Assembly (NCBI GenBank): GCA_965200705.1
Contig: OZ241376.1
Span: 2,569,844 to 2,633,843, forward strand
DNA: 64,000 nucleotides
Source of the DNA: Bryobacterales bacterium
Lineage (GTDB): Bacteria; Acidobacteriota; Terriglobia; Bryobacterales; UBA6623
Reading direction: 5' to 3'
In this document: positions 29,724-40,014 of the stretch, piece after piece
Layout: the number at the start of each line of letters is the position of its first letter
Numbering within the stretch: position 1 is the stretch's first letter
Program-made: the position numbers and the translations under genes
The notes under the pieces: generated by a model
The model's database searches: none
What the model saw: only the letters and a program-made list of their open reading frames with translations
Told to the model about the DNA's origin: nothing

Positions 29724-30128
29724 TCAGATCCAGACGCCGAAGCCGTCTGCTGGGTCATGTGGCGGCTCTGTTCCGCCAATCCCTAGACACTGCCCGACCG
29801 CTCTGTCTCCGGTGTAGACTGACGCGGACTCGCTTTTGAACGTATCTATTGCCGCTGTGCCGGCCTCGACGACGATCGTGCTGTCGACCTGGCCGACCTC
29901 TAGTGCCATCTCAACGGAGAACGTTCGTCCAACGTGGACTTCGACATCCTCATTCACGGCCGTTTGGAATTCCGGGTGCCGGACGGTCACGGAGTAGTTC
30001 CCCGGTGGCAGATTGCTATTGATGACGAGTCCCTGATCATCGGCGACTCCAAGGAGCGGCCGAATCAAGGCGGTGCTGTTGAACTCGACTTCGACGCCGG
30101 GAACTACACTTCCAGTCTGATCGGTCAC
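29724..30128 (-). pseudogene. isolated CarboxypepD_reg-like domain: probable remnant of a TonB-dependent-receptor-type outer-membrane protein gene
   Basis: VTDQTGSVVPGVEVEF...LPPGNYSVTVRHPEFQ...VEAGTAAIDTFKSESASV matches the N-terminal domain plus the start of the plug region of large acidobacterial receptors. An in-frame TAG lies 15 codons upstream of the GTG, there is no signal peptide, and only about 440 nt of non-coding-looking DNA follow. Confidence 0.4.
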
Positions 30129-30316
30129 GAGGGCGCGGAGACCGCCGACCGATCGCTCCGGCGCAGGGTCCAGCTAGGCTGACCTACCGCATGGAGATTT
30201 GGTGCTGGCAGGGGTTGGTCGCGGGGCCTCACGTCTAGAAGTTCACCGGAGTTCCCGGTGACGACGCCTTGCGTAGCGGTCGAAATCGACCATGCCAGAA
30301 TGGTGCCGTTTTGCCG

Positions 30317-32020
30317 ATGACGGCTGCAGCTCGCAGTGAGGCCCTGCTGGCATTGATAGGTCCGGGCGGAGAGTACGAGGTTGAAGAGCTGCGAGTGCGC
30401 AGTGGCAGTCTCTGCCGCACGGTCAAGCGGGCTCCGCGAACCATGCTCGACCTCTTGACCGACACCCGTCGATTTTCGGGTCTCGAGTACATGGCATACC
30501 TCGATGAGGTGTACACATTCGCCGACATCGAACGGCAGACGGCACGGCTCGCGACGGTGCTGGCCGGCCTCGGTGTACGCAAAGGCGACAGGGTGGCGGT
30601 GTGCATGCGCAACGGTCCCGAGTGGCCGGCGGTGTTCTTCGCACCCATGGCGTTGGGCGCCGTCACGGTGTCCCTGAACGGCTGGTGGAGCGGCGAGGAG
30701 ATCGAGTACGGCATTCGCGATGCCGGAGCGACTGTGCTCATCGCGGATTGCCAACGACTCCAGCGTGTGGCAGGCAATCTCGGGTCATTGGGCGTGCGTG
30801 CCATCGCCGTGCGCGATCCGTCTCCTCCCGCGGGTGTAGTCGACTGGCAGACCGCCTTGGCCGCTGCGAGTGAGACTGACCTCTCATCGGTGGACGCCGA
30901 TCCGGACGACGACTGCCTAATGCTCTACACATCCGGCTCGACATCGGGCCCGAAGGCGGCGGTGTCGACGCACCGCAACATCATCCACGCGCTGATGGGC
31001 TGGGAGATCGAGGTCCGGGCTCAGGCACAGTTGCGGGGAGAGACAGTCCCGGCCGAACCGACCGAGGTTCAGTACCGGATGCTTGTGACGATCCCCTTCT
31101 TCCATGTCACTGCCTGCCACGTGTGCATGCTGTCTGGGCTGCGCCACGGGAGGCGTCTTACGGTTATGTACAAGTGGGACGTTGACGAGGCACTGGACCT
31201 GATCGAGAGGGACCGGATAACGCACTTCGTCTCAGTGCCGACAGTCACGGGCGACCTCGTCCGGGCGGCCGCGGCTAGCGGACGGACCTTGCCAAGCCTG
31301 CTTGCCATCGGGGGAGGCGGATCCCACAGACCCGTGCAGCAGGTCAGGGAAATACCCGAGGTCTTCGAAAACGCCCGGCCGGGCACGGGCTGGGGCATGA
31401 CGGAAACGAACGCCATCGGCACGCAGATCACGGCGCCCGACTATATGCTCCATCCGACGAGCAGCGGACGTTGCTCAGTACTGATGGACATGAAGATCGT
31501 GGACCCCGACTCGGGCGACGAACTCCCTCCTGGCGAGACCGGCGAGGTGCTCGTGCGCGGGACACCGGTCGTGCGGGGCTACTGGAACAAGCCTGTGGAG
31601 ACCGCACAGGCGTTCAGCGACGGATGGTTCCGGACCGGCGACCTGGCCTACATCGACGAGGACGAGTTCGTGCACTTCGTCGATCGCATCAAGGAGATCG
31701 TCATCCGGGGCGGCGAGAACATCTCGTGTGGCAAGGTCGAGGACGCCCTCTACGAGTGCGACGGCGTGGAGGAGGCTGTGGTGTTCGGAGTCCCAAACGA
31801 GCGGCTCGGCGAGGAGCTGACGGCTGTGGTCGTGCCGCGTGAGGGCTGTCGTCTGACGGAGGACGGCGTCCGCAGTTCGATGCGGGAGCGCCTGGCTCGT
31901 TTCGAGGTGCCGGAGCGAATCGTCCTTAGCGACTCGCCCCTGCCGCGCATCGCCACGGGCAAGTTCGCAAAGCGTCGCATCCGCGCGAAAGTCGTCGCGT
32001 CAATGGCCCAGGCCGGATGA
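30317..32020 (+). CDS. AMP-dependent acyl-CoA synthetase/ligase (class I adenylate-forming enzyme)
   Basis: AMP-binding signature MLYTSGSTSGPKAAVSTH, plus WGMTETN, FRTGDLAYIDEDEF, and a C-terminal GKFAKRRI lysine. ATG 30317 was chosen. The ORF-track start 30269 is also possible. Confidence 0.8.
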   Translation: MTAAARSEALLALIGPGGEYEVEELRVRSGSLCRTVKRAPRTMLDLLTDTRRFSGLEYMAYLDEVYTFADIERQTARLATVLAGLGVRKGDRVAVCMRNGPEWPAVFFAPMALGAVTVSLNGWWSGEEIEYGIRDAGATVLIADCQRLQRVAGNLGSLGVRAIAVRDPSPPAGVVDWQTALAAASETDLSSVDADPDDDCLMLYTSGSTSGPKAAVSTHRNIIHALMGWEIEVRAQAQLRGETVPAEPTEVQYRMLVTIPFFHVTACHVCMLSGLRHGRRLTVMYKWDVDEALDLIERDRITHFVSVPTVTGDLVRAAAASGRTLPSLLAIGGGGSHRPVQQVREIPEVFENARPGTGWGMTETNAIGTQITAPDYMLHPTSSGRCSVLMDMKIVDPDSGDELPPGETGEVLVRGTPVVRGYWNKPVETAQAFSDGWFRTGDLAYIDEDEFVHFVDRIKEIVIRGGENISCGKVEDALYECDGVEEAVVFGVPNERLGEELTAVVVPREGCRLTEDGVRSSMRERLARFEVPERIVLSDSPLPRIATGKFAKRRIRAKVVASMAQAG

Positions 32021-32042
32021 CGCGCTTCGACGTGAGCGGGGA

Positions 32043-33470
32043 TCAGGCCAGAATCTTCGTCGCGACGTGCCCGGCGACGTCCGTAAGCCGGAAGTCGCGG
32101 CCGCTGTAGCGGTACGTGAGCCGCGTGTGGTCCAGTCCCATTAGGTGCAGGACCGTGGCGTGCAGGTCGTGGATGTGCATCCGATCTTCGACGGCATGGT
32201 AGCCGAACTCATCCGTTGCCCCGTAGATGTGACCGGCCTTGACGCCGCCACCGGCCATGAAGATCGAGAACCCGTAGGGGTTGTGGTCGCGGCCGTCAGC
32301 GCCCTCGGAGAACGGGGTGCGGCCGAACTCGCTGCCCCAGATCACCAGCGTTTCGTCGAGCAGGCCCCGTGACTTCAGATCCTTGATCAGGCCTGCGATG
32401 GGCCTGTCCACCTCGTACGAGCGGATAGGATGCAGCCGCAGGATGTCTCCGTGGTGGTCCCACTTCTCCTCCGCGCCCGAGTGCGTCGCCTGCACTACGC
32501 GGACCCCACGCTCGCTGAGCCGGCGGGCCAGCAGGCACTGCCACCCGAAGTCGCGGGTCTTCTCCTCGTCAAGGCCGTAGAGCTTGCGGGTCGCCTCTGT
32601 CTCGCGGGACACGTCGAACGCCTCCGGCGCCTCCGCCTGCATCCTGAAGGCCAGCTCGAACGCCTGGATCCTGGCTTCGAGGTCCGGATCGAGCCGCCGG
32701 TCCTCGGCGTGCCTGCGGTTGATCTGTCGCAGGAACTCCCGCTCCAGCCGCTGCTCGTCCGCCGAGCCGCCCCGGGGCAGGGTGTGCTCGATGGGGTTCT
32801 CAATGATGCTGTCTACCGCCATCGGGGACGATCCGATGGGCGTGCCCTGGTAGGCTCCGGGCAGGAAGCTGGTGCCGAACAGCTTGTCGCCACCCTGCCA
32901 CTGCGTGGGCTTGATCGTGATGAAGCCCGGAAGGTTCTGGTTCTCAGACCCGAGGCCGTAGAGCGTCCAAGCGCCCATGCTTGGCCTCGTGAACGAGAAC
33001 GTTCCCGTGAACAGCTGCAGCATCGCTGCCCCGTGGTCGACGCCTTCGCCCACCATCGAGCGGATCACGCACAGGTCGTCGGCGCAGCTGGCCACCTGAG
33101 GGAAGAGCTCGCTTACCGGAATTCCGCTCTCTCCGCGCTGCTCGAACCGCCACGGCGAACGCATCAGACCGCCCGCCTCCTTGGCGTTGAAAGTCAGCGA
33201 ACGCTTGATTGGCAGCGGCTTGCCGTGATCCGAGTCGAGCCGGGGCTTGGGATCGAACGTGTCGACGTGCGACACGCCGCCGTGCATGAAGAGAAAGATC
33301 AGCCGCTTCGCACGCGGGGCGAAGTGCGGCGAACGTGGCGCGAGCGGGCCCTCTGTCGTCGCGCCCAAGAGCCCGTCATCCTGCAGCAGCGAGCAGAGGC
33401 CGACGGTGCCCATGCCAAGGGCCGATCGGCGCAGCATCGCCCGCCGCGAAATGGCATCCTGGCCCACCAT
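32043..33470 (-). CDS. DUF1501 family protein (sulfatase/alkaline-phosphatase-like), Tat signal
   Basis: ATG 33470 gives MVGQDAISRRAMLRRSALGMGTVGL (twin-arginine type). FLFMHGGVSHVDTFDPKP and WDHHG are DUF1501 hallmarks as I remember them. It follows the DUF1549/DUF1553 gene after a 28-nt gap. Confidence 0.8.
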   Translation of the reverse strand: MVGQDAISRRAMLRRSALGMGTVGLCSLLQDDGLLGATTEGPLAPRSPHFAPRAKRLIFLFMHGGVSHVDTFDPKPRLDSDHGKPLPIKRSLTFNAKEAGGLMRSPWRFEQRGESGIPVSELFPQVASCADDLCVIRSMVGEGVDHGAAMLQLFTGTFSFTRPSMGAWTLYGLGSENQNLPGFITIKPTQWQGGDKLFGTSFLPGAYQGTPIGSSPMAVDSIIENPIEHTLPRGGSADEQRLEREFLRQINRRHAEDRRLDPDLEARIQAFELAFRMQAEAPEAFDVSRETEATRKLYGLDEEKTRDFGWQCLLARRLSERGVRVVQATHSGAEEKWDHHGDILRLHPIRSYEVDRPIAGLIKDLKSRGLLDETLVIWGSEFGRTPFSEGADGRDHNPYGFSIFMAGGGVKAGHIYGATDEFGYHAVEDRMHIHDLHATVLHLMGLDHTRLTYRYSGRDFRLTDVAGHVATKILA

Positions 33471-33498
33471 GCCCAAACAGCGTATCACTCGCTTTTCG

Positions 33499-36222
33499 CT
33501 ACTCGATGTAGTGGAACTCGTTCGATGCGAGCAGCGTCTTGCAGAGGCTCGTCCATGCCGCAGCCTGGTCCGAGCGGGCCTGAACGTACTGGACGGCGTC
33601 CCGGCGCTCCTCCTTCGTGGGTGGCCGACCGAGCACCCGTCGGTAGGCATTGTCGATGCGATCTTCCGGAGAACCGACGAGCGTGTCGGCGAGTCCGGCG
33701 GCTGCGCCGTGGGCGAATTCGCTGTTCATCAGGTAAAGCGCCTGCGGTGCGACGTTCGTCACGGACCGCTTGGCGTTCGCGGTGGCCGCGTCGCCGAAGT
33801 CAAACAGCCCCAGCAGGTTCGGGAGCTTGTTGCGCATCAGCGGGAGATACACGCTCCGGCGTGTGTAGTCGTCAGGATCAATGCGGCGGTTGTTGCGGTC
33901 GAACTCCACGAGCTTCCGCGATCCGAGGTCGGTGTTGCCCCCTACGGCCGGATCGAGCCTACCGCTGATCTGGAGGTAACTGTCGCGTAGCTCCTCGATT
34001 GTCAGGCGCCGTCTCTCGAACCGCGACCAAAGCCGATTCTCCGGATCCTTTTCGGCCGCCTCGGGGGTGATGTTGCTGCGCATTCGGTAGGTGGCCGAGT
34101 CCATGATCAGGCGGTGCAGGTTCTTGACCGACCAGCCCCCCTCGACGAATCGCGAGGCGAGCCAGTCGAGCAGAGCCGGATGTGTCGGAGCCTCGCCTCG
34201 CAGCCCGAAGTTGCTCGGCGTCCGCACGAGCCCCTCGCCGAAGTGCCATAGCCAGACGCGGTTCACGATCACGCGCGCTGTGAGCGGATTGCCCGAGGAG
34301 CTTAGCCAGTGCGCCAGCTCAAGACGCCCGCTGACGCTCTCGACCGCGGGCTGGTCGTTGCCGGCCAGCACGAGCGGGAATCGCTTCGACACGGCCGCAC
34401 CGGGGTTCTTGTGCTGCCCTCGCCGGAAGATCCTCTGCTGCACGGAGACATCCTCGGTCACGCTGTTCGCCATCGGTGGCTCCTCGGGGATCTGCTGCTC
34501 TATGCCCTTGATGCGCTCGGCGAGAGCCGCGAGGAACTCGCGGTCTTCGGCTGCGAACGAATCTTCCACATCGTCTGGGTCCATGTCGAACGGTCCGTCG
34601 TCGTCGACCAGATCCCTGTAGAGGAGCGACTTTGGCTGCAACCGGGGGAACTCGGGCGGTTCAGCGTCGTCGCCCCGAGCGTCCACCGCATCCATGGCGG
34701 CGTCGCGCCATTCCTGCAACGTGGCGATCTGCTCGCGCACGGTCTCGGCGACTTCAGTGGCGTACCGCGCCGCTATCGAGGCCTCGGAGCCGGCCGCGTC
34801 GTGCCAGGGCTGAATGTGGGGCCTCCTCGCAGGCTGTGGACGCAGGTATTCGCGGTACCAGTCGACGCGTTCAGGATCCAGGTCGCCTCCATCTTGGACA
34901 CCCGCCCCGGCGAGCATGTAGTTCTTCACGCGCGGCACCTCGTGATCCAGCAGATAGCGGCGCAATGCCACTATTCGCGAGACGCCGCGGACACGTTCCA
35001 GCGCAGCCAGCTCGTCGGCGTGCTCGCGGTACGCGTCGTAGACCGAGGGCTCGACAAGCGGATGCCTGTAGTACCTCGACCCGTTCCTGGTCCAGTCGTC
35101 AAATGTCCTCGTGCTCGCGAATATGCCCGCCAGCGCGTAGTAGTCGGAGGTTAGGATCGGATCGAATTTGTGATCGTGGCAGCGTGCACAGGCCACGGTC
35201 AGGCCGAGGAACGCCTTGGTGGTCGTGTCGATTTGTTCGTCGACAACGTCGTACTTCTTCTGGATCGGATCGCGCTGTGCCAGGGCCATCGGGCCCAGCG
35301 CGAGGAATCCCGTGGCGACGATGCCGGACCGATTCACGGGCTCGCCTTCCGGCGCGGGCAGCAGGTCGCCGGCGATCTGGTCGCGAACGAACTGGTCGAA
35401 CCTAAGGTCTGCGTTGAAGGCCTGGACCACGTAGTCCCGGTAGCGCCACGAGTCTCCGAACGGATGGTCCTCGTCCACGCCGGTGGAGTCCGCGTAACGC
35501 GCGACGTCCAGCCAGTGACGTCCCCAGCGCTCACCGTAGTGCGGCGAGTCGAGGAGGCCATCGACCAGCTCGGAGTAGGCCTGCTCGTCGGACCAGGTCT
35601 GATGCCCCTCCACCGCCGTTGGGTCCGGAGGCAATCCCAGGAGATCGAAGTGCACGCGCCGCACCAGCGTTAGCGGGTCGGCTTCCTCGCTTGGCTGTAG
35701 GCCGGCTTCCTTCAACCGCGCCAGAACGAACCGATCGATGTCGTTGCGGACCCAGGTCGACGAGCCTGAATCTGGCACCGGCGGGTCCACGATTGGCTGA
35801 AACGACCAATGGCTGCTCTCGACGCTTCTCTCGCCCTCCTCGGCTGGACTCGACCCCACGGGCTCATAGCCGGGCCAAATCGCCCCTGCGCGAACCCACG
35901 CGACGAGCTTTTCGATCTCTGCCTGGGGCAGCTTGGACCCAGGAGGCATCTTCAGCGCACTCTCGTACCGGACGGCGCGGATCAAGGGGCTTGATTCGTC
36001 GCCGCTCACCACGGCGGTGCCGATCACTGTGCCTGCGTCGCGGAAGTCGATCCCCGCGCTCTGGAGCTTCTCGCCGTGGCAATCTCCGCACTGGTTGTGC
36101 AGCAGGGGCCGGATCTCGCGCTCAAAGCGGTCCTGCCAGCCCTCGGCGGCGAGCACCCCGCCCGCTTGCATCCCCACAAGCGCAGCCAACACGCCGCGGA
36201 GCATCCTCAACGCTCCCTCCAT
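33499..36222 (-). CDS. PSCyt (planctomycete-type cytochrome c) / DUF1549 / DUF1553 multidomain protein
   Basis: CxxCH motifs in NQCGDCHGEK and VACARCHDHKFDPI. About 900 aa with a C-terminal DUF1553-like region (LLASNEFHYIE ending). The start is uncertain: ATG 36222 or 36204 precede a hydrophobic segment, and the ORF extends to 36366. Confidence 0.8.
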   Translation of the reverse strand: MEGALRMLRGVLAALVGMQAGGVLAAEGWQDRFEREIRPLLHNQCGDCHGEKLQSAGIDFRDAGTVIGTAVVSGDESSPLIRAVRYESALKMPPGSKLPQAEIEKLVAWVRAGAIWPGYEPVGSSPAEEGERSVESSHWSFQPIVDPPVPDSGSSTWVRNDIDRFVLARLKEAGLQPSEEADPLTLVRRVHFDLLGLPPDPTAVEGHQTWSDEQAYSELVDGLLDSPHYGERWGRHWLDVARYADSTGVDEDHPFGDSWRYRDYVVQAFNADLRFDQFVRDQIAGDLLPAPEGEPVNRSGIVATGFLALGPMALAQRDPIQKKYDVVDEQIDTTTKAFLGLTVACARCHDHKFDPILTSDYYALAGIFASTRTFDDWTRNGSRYYRHPLVEPSVYDAYREHADELAALERVRGVSRIVALRRYLLDHEVPRVKNYMLAGAGVQDGGDLDPERVDWYREYLRPQPARRPHIQPWHDAAGSEASIAARYATEVAETVREQIATLQEWRDAAMDAVDARGDDAEPPEFPRLQPKSLLYRDLVDDDGPFDMDPDDVEDSFAAEDREFLAALAERIKGIEQQIPEEPPMANSVTEDVSVQQRIFRRGQHKNPGAAVSKRFPLVLAGNDQPAVESVSGRLELAHWLSSSGNPLTARVIVNRVWLWHFGEGLVRTPSNFGLRGEAPTHPALLDWLASRFVEGGWSVKNLHRLIMDSATYRMRSNITPEAAEKDPENRLWSRFERRRLTIEELRDSYLQISGRLDPAVGGNTDLGSRKLVEFDRNNRRIDPDDYTRRSVYLPLMRNKLPNLLGLFDFGDAATANAKRSVTNVAPQALYLMNSEFAHGAAAGLADTLVGSPEDRIDNAYRRVLGRPPTKEERRDAVQYVQARSDQAAAWTSLCKTLLASNEFHYIE

Positions 36223-36372
36223 GGCCCTGCTGTATCGGAACCATCCGGTCTCCGCAATGCAGTCGCCGTGCTCTGGGGCACCTGCGCACCCCATGGCGGC
36301 TCGAGCCTCGCGCTGGTGGTCTGGTAGGCGATCGGTCACGTCCTTGACACCGTAGCGAACCCGCAAGTAGCC

Positions 36373-38070
36373 TTGATTGCCGTGGCTGAAGTCTCAGGTC
36401 TCAACGCATTCATCGCCGTGCTGCCAATCATGGCGGTGATGTTCTTCCTTGTCGTGCTGCGGTGGCCGGCGACGCGGGCGATGCCGGTGGCCTACGCGAT
36501 GACGGCGGCATTCGCGCTGTTTTTCTGGAAGGTTTCGGCGGTTCACGTCGCGGCGGCTTCCCTGCGGGGCGCAATCATCGCCATCTCGCTGCTATGGATC
36601 ATCTTCGGCGCGATTTTGCTGTTGCAGACCCTGTCCGTCAGCGGTGCAGCGGCCGCGATCCGACAGGGGTTCATGGACGTGTCAGGTGACCGCCGCGTTC
36701 AGCTGATCATCGTGGCTTGGATGTTCGGGGCCTTCATCGAGGGGGCTTCGGGGTTCGGCACCCCCGCCGCGGTCGCGGGTCCGCTGCTGCTGGCTCTAGG
36801 GTTTCCAGCCTTGTCGGCCGTGATGTGCACGCTGATCATCCAGAGCACGCCAGTGACGTTCGGGGCCGTCGGCACGCCGATCCTCGTCGGCATGGCCGAG
36901 TCCCTCAACGTTGCGTCCGTGGAGACCGCCATCGCCGAGGCCGGCATGTCGTACGCCGAGTTCATCTACCAGATCGGGGTCTTCGCCGCGATACCCCATG
37001 CCATCGTCGGCACGATGATCCCGTTGATCATCTGCGGCATGATGACCCGATTCTTCGGTGAGGACCGGTCGTTCCGACAGGGTCTCTCCATCTGGAAGTT
37101 CGCATTGTTCGCTGGCCTGGCCTTCACAGTTCCCTACATCCTGGTGGCGATCTTCCTGGGCCCCGAGTTCCCGTCGCTGCTCGGGGCTCTCATCGGCCTT
37201 GGCGTGGTTGTCGCCGCAGCGAAGCGAGGATTCCTGCTTTCCAACGTCGAGCCTTGGGACTTCCCGCCCCGCGCTCGCTGGGAGTCCGAATGGATGGGCC
37301 AGTTCACAGGTCAGCCCACCGAGAGCGAGCGCCCCATGGCGCTTGGCCGTGCCTGGATGCCCTATGTGCTGGTCGCGGCACTTCTGGTCATCACTCGCCT
37401 GCCGGGACTGCCGTTCAAGGCTTGGCTAGCATCTGTCCAGGTTGGCTGGGACAACATCTTGGGCACGGGCTTGTCGCAGGCAATCCAGCCGCTGTACCTT
37501 CCCGGCACGATATTCCTCGTCGTATCGCTGGCGACCGCCCTCTTGCACGGGATGTCGGGCAGCCAGGTGCGCAGTGCCTGGTCAGCTTCGGCACGCATGC
37601 TTGCCGGTCCGGCGTTCGCCCTGGTGTTCGCGGTCGCGCTTGTGCGCGTGTTCATCGACTCGGATGCGAACGCCTCCGGTCTGCAGAGCATGCCTCTGGA
37701 GCTGGCCGGCTTCGCGGCCTACGTCGCGGGTGTGACATGGCCGTTCTTCGCCGCCATGATCGGAGCGCTGGGAGCTTTCGTGGCGGGCTCGAACACGGTT
37801 AGCGACCTGATGTTCAGCCTGTTCCAGTACGGTGTGGCGGACCGCATCGGGGCGCCGCACCTTGTGATCCTCGGTCTGCAGGCGCTCGGCGGTGCGGCCG
37901 GCAACATGATCACGGTGCACAACGTCGTGGCGGCGAGTGCCACGGTCGGGCTGGTTGGTCGGGAGGGTCTCCTCATCCGGCGCACCATCTACCCGATGCT
38001 CTACTACGTCGTGGCGGCCGGACTACTCGGGCTACTCTTCAGCTACGTCCTCTTCGCCGACCGGTTCTGA
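36373..38070 (+). CDS. L-lactate/glycolate permease (LctP family)
   Basis: 565-aa polytopic membrane protein. The N-terminal [19 protein letters not shown] and internal [14 protein letters not shown] match LldP/GlcA-type permeases from memory. Confidence 0.8.
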   Translation: MIAVAEVSGLNAFIAVLPIMAVMFFLVVLRWPATRAMPVAYAMTAAFALFFWKVSAVHVAAASLRGAIIAISLLWIIFGAILLLQTLSVSGAAAAIRQGFMDVSGDRRVQLIIVAWMFGAFIEGASGFGTPAAVAGPLLLALGFPALSAVMCTLIIQSTPVTFGAVGTPILVGMAESLNVASVETAIAEAGMSYAEFIYQIGVFAAIPHAIVGTMIPLIICGMMTRFFGEDRSFRQGLSIWKFALFAGLAFTVPYILVAIFLGPEFPSLLGALIGLGVVVAAAKRGFLLSNVEPWDFPPRARWESEWMGQFTGQPTESERPMALGRAWMPYVLVAALLVITRLPGLPFKAWLASVQVGWDNILGTGLSQAIQPLYLPGTIFLVVSLATALLHGMSGSQVRSAWSASARMLAGPAFALVFAVALVRVFIDSDANASGLQSMPLELAGFAAYVAGVTWPFFAAMIGALGAFVAGSNTVSDLMFSLFQYGVADRIGAPHLVILGLQALGGAAGNMITVHNVVAASATVGLVGREGLLIRRTIYPMLYYVVAAGLLGLLFSYVLFADRF

Positions 38071-40008
38071 GTTCCTCACGATCCGTCGCAGGGCCCTGAG
38101 CCGGCCCAGGAGTTCGTTGGTCGCGGTGGCGATCTGGTTCTGATCCCGTATCACGTGCGGCTCGAGCAGCACGATGAGCTCGGTCTTGGCCGTCGAGTCC
38201 CGCGTTGTGCCGAACGCGCGGCCCACCACAGGGATCCGTCCGAGCAACGGAACGCGAGTCGATGCGGAGGTGCTGGTCTCCTGCATGATGCCGCCGATGG
38301 CGACCGTGTCGCCGTCCTGGACCGTGACCTGCGTGGTGACGTTCCGGCGGTCGATCGTCGGGGACTGAATAGGCCCGGTGATGCCCGTCGGCGACGAGAC
38401 TTCCTGCATGATCCGCAGCGTGACGATCCCTGACGCATTCACGCGGGCGGTGACGGAGAGCCGCACACCGGTCTGCACGTTGCTGACCGTGTTCGTGAAC
38501 AGGGATGAACCCTGCGAGAGCGCCCCGCCCACCACGGCTTGGGACGCCAGGGTGGGAATGGTTTGTCCGACGACGATCTCGGCCGGGATGTTGTCCGTCG
38601 CGATGAGCGACGGGGCGGAGATGACGCGGGTCCTGCCTTCCGACTCGCTGCCCTCCAGGAATAGCGCGAGCTCCCGCGTGCTGCCCACGAGCATGCCGAC
38701 ACTGAGATTGGCGAGACCGGCCCCCGTCAAGCTGCCCGCCAGCTTGCGCGTCTTCAGGGAGGATGCTTGGCCGCCCGCCAGCTGGAGGCCCGTCACGCCA
38801 CCGACCGACTGGGCAGCGGACCGGTTGCGCAGGTAGGCCGACACCCCGCTCGAGAGGGATCCCGTGAGTGTGACCTCGTAGATCTTCGCGTCGATAAGCA
38901 CTTGCCGCGGGGAACTGTCGAGTTCGAGCAGCGTGCCGCGGATGGCCTCCCACTCTTGCTGCGTCGCCTGCACAAGCACGACGTTGTTGATCGGATCCGC
39001 CACGATACGGATGCTGGACTCGGTCAGGGCACCAACACCCTCGGGCAAGGGATCGGCGGGATCTGCATCGAGGGCCGAGGCTTGACCTCCCAAGGACACG
39101 CTGTAGAGCTGCTGGACCGTGGCGGCGAGGTGTTGGGCCTCACCGTACTGCGCGCGGTAGATGAAGTTGCGGCGACCACCTGTCGCGGCGGGCCGATCGA
39201 GCTTCCGAATCCACTCCGCCACGTCCTGGAGGTCGCCTTCGCTCGCGCTGACGGCCAGGAGGCCGCCGATCCGAGGGAGGGGGACGAACTGGTGCGCATC
39301 GTGGCGGCCGCCAGGCGATAGCGTCTCGAACACCAATTCCAGCTCGCTGGCCACCACCGTTGCGAGGCTGTTCTCGATCGTGAAGAACCGTAGGCTTCGG
39401 TCGGCAAGCTCCTCTGTGTCGAACAGACCGATCAGATCCATGGTGCGGCGCATGTTGCGGCTGGTGTCGAGCAGAACGAGGGTGTTGGTCGACGGCACCA
39501 CCGTGTAGGCGCTGCCCGGCCCAAGAAACGGATCGAGCATCGCCGCCAGTTCTTCGGCGGACGCATGCTGGAATCGGATTGCGTTGAGCACAGGCCGCTC
39601 GTCCTCGGGCAGCTGGGCACCTTCGGGCACCGGCGTGATCGGCACGCCGGGGACGCTCTCGAGGGGCACCACCCTGTAGAGGTCCCCGACCTGTACGGCG
39701 GTCGCGCCGTTCATTCGCAGGATTGTCTGAAGCAGCGGCAGCAGATCCTCTGGATCCAGCGCTCCGTATGTGTTGACGGTGACCGGAGCGCTGCGCACGG
39801 CAGGGTCGACCACGTAGTTGATCTGCAGACGGCGGGCCAGCAGATCGACCACGTCCAGAAGGTCGGCGTTTCGAAGCTCGGTGAATGTTCCACTCGTGGG
39901 AGTCGCGGTCGGTTGGGCCCCGAGCGGTGCTCGGACGAGTGTGGCGAGCAGACAGATCAGGGCAAGGACCGATCCACCGCGTCGCGAACGGAATGGCTTG
40001 GTGGTCAT
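38032..40008 (-). CDS. gspD: type II secretion system secretin
   Basis: Signal peptide, N0/N1-like repeats, and the C-terminal secretin domain with [15 protein letters not shown] and [11 protein letters not shown]. It is the last gene of the T2SS string. Confidence 0.85.
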   Translation of the reverse strand: MTTKPFRSRRGGSVLALICLLATLVRAPLGAQPTATPTSGTFTELRNADLLDVVDLLARRLQINYVVDPAVRSAPVTVNTYGALDPEDLLPLLQTILRMNGATAVQVGDLYRVVPLESVPGVPITPVPEGAQLPEDERPVLNAIRFQHASAEELAAMLDPFLGPGSAYTVVPSTNTLVLLDTSRNMRRTMDLIGLFDTEELADRSLRFFTIENSLATVVASELELVFETLSPGGRHDAHQFVPLPRIGGLLAVSASEGDLQDVAEWIRKLDRPAATGGRRNFIYRAQYGEAQHLAATVQQLYSVSLGGQASALDADPADPLPEGVGALTESSIRIVADPINNVVLVQATQQEWEAIRGTLLELDSSPRQVLIDAKIYEVTLTGSLSSGVSAYLRNRSAAQSVGGVTGLQLAGGQASSLKTRKLAGSLTGAGLANLSVGMLVGSTRELALFLEGSESEGRTRVISAPSLIATDNIPAEIVVGQTIPTLASQAVVGGALSQGSSLFTNTVSNVQTGVRLSVTARVNASGIVTLRIMQEVSSPTGITGPIQSPTIDRRNVTTQVTVQDGDTVAIGGIMQETSTSASTRVPLLGRIPVVGRAFGTTRDSTAKTELIVLLEPHVIRDQNQIATATNELLGRLRALRRIVRNSEPVGEEDVAEE

Positions 40009-40014
40009 GGCTGG

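Noticed and set aside
32430-33968. Very long ORFs antisense to, or frame-shifted within, confidently assigned genes. Examples: 32430-33968 (+), 53588-55051 (+), 60630-62093 (+), 13143-14435 (+), 5823-6899 (+), 47614-48495 (+), 38039-38953 (-), 39140-40036 (-), 24020-24820 (-).
   Set aside because: Their translations are Arg/Pro/Gly/Ala-rich with no recognisable motifs. Each lies entirely within a gene whose product has clear family signatures. Such shadow ORFs are expected in GC-rich DNA, where stop codons are rare.
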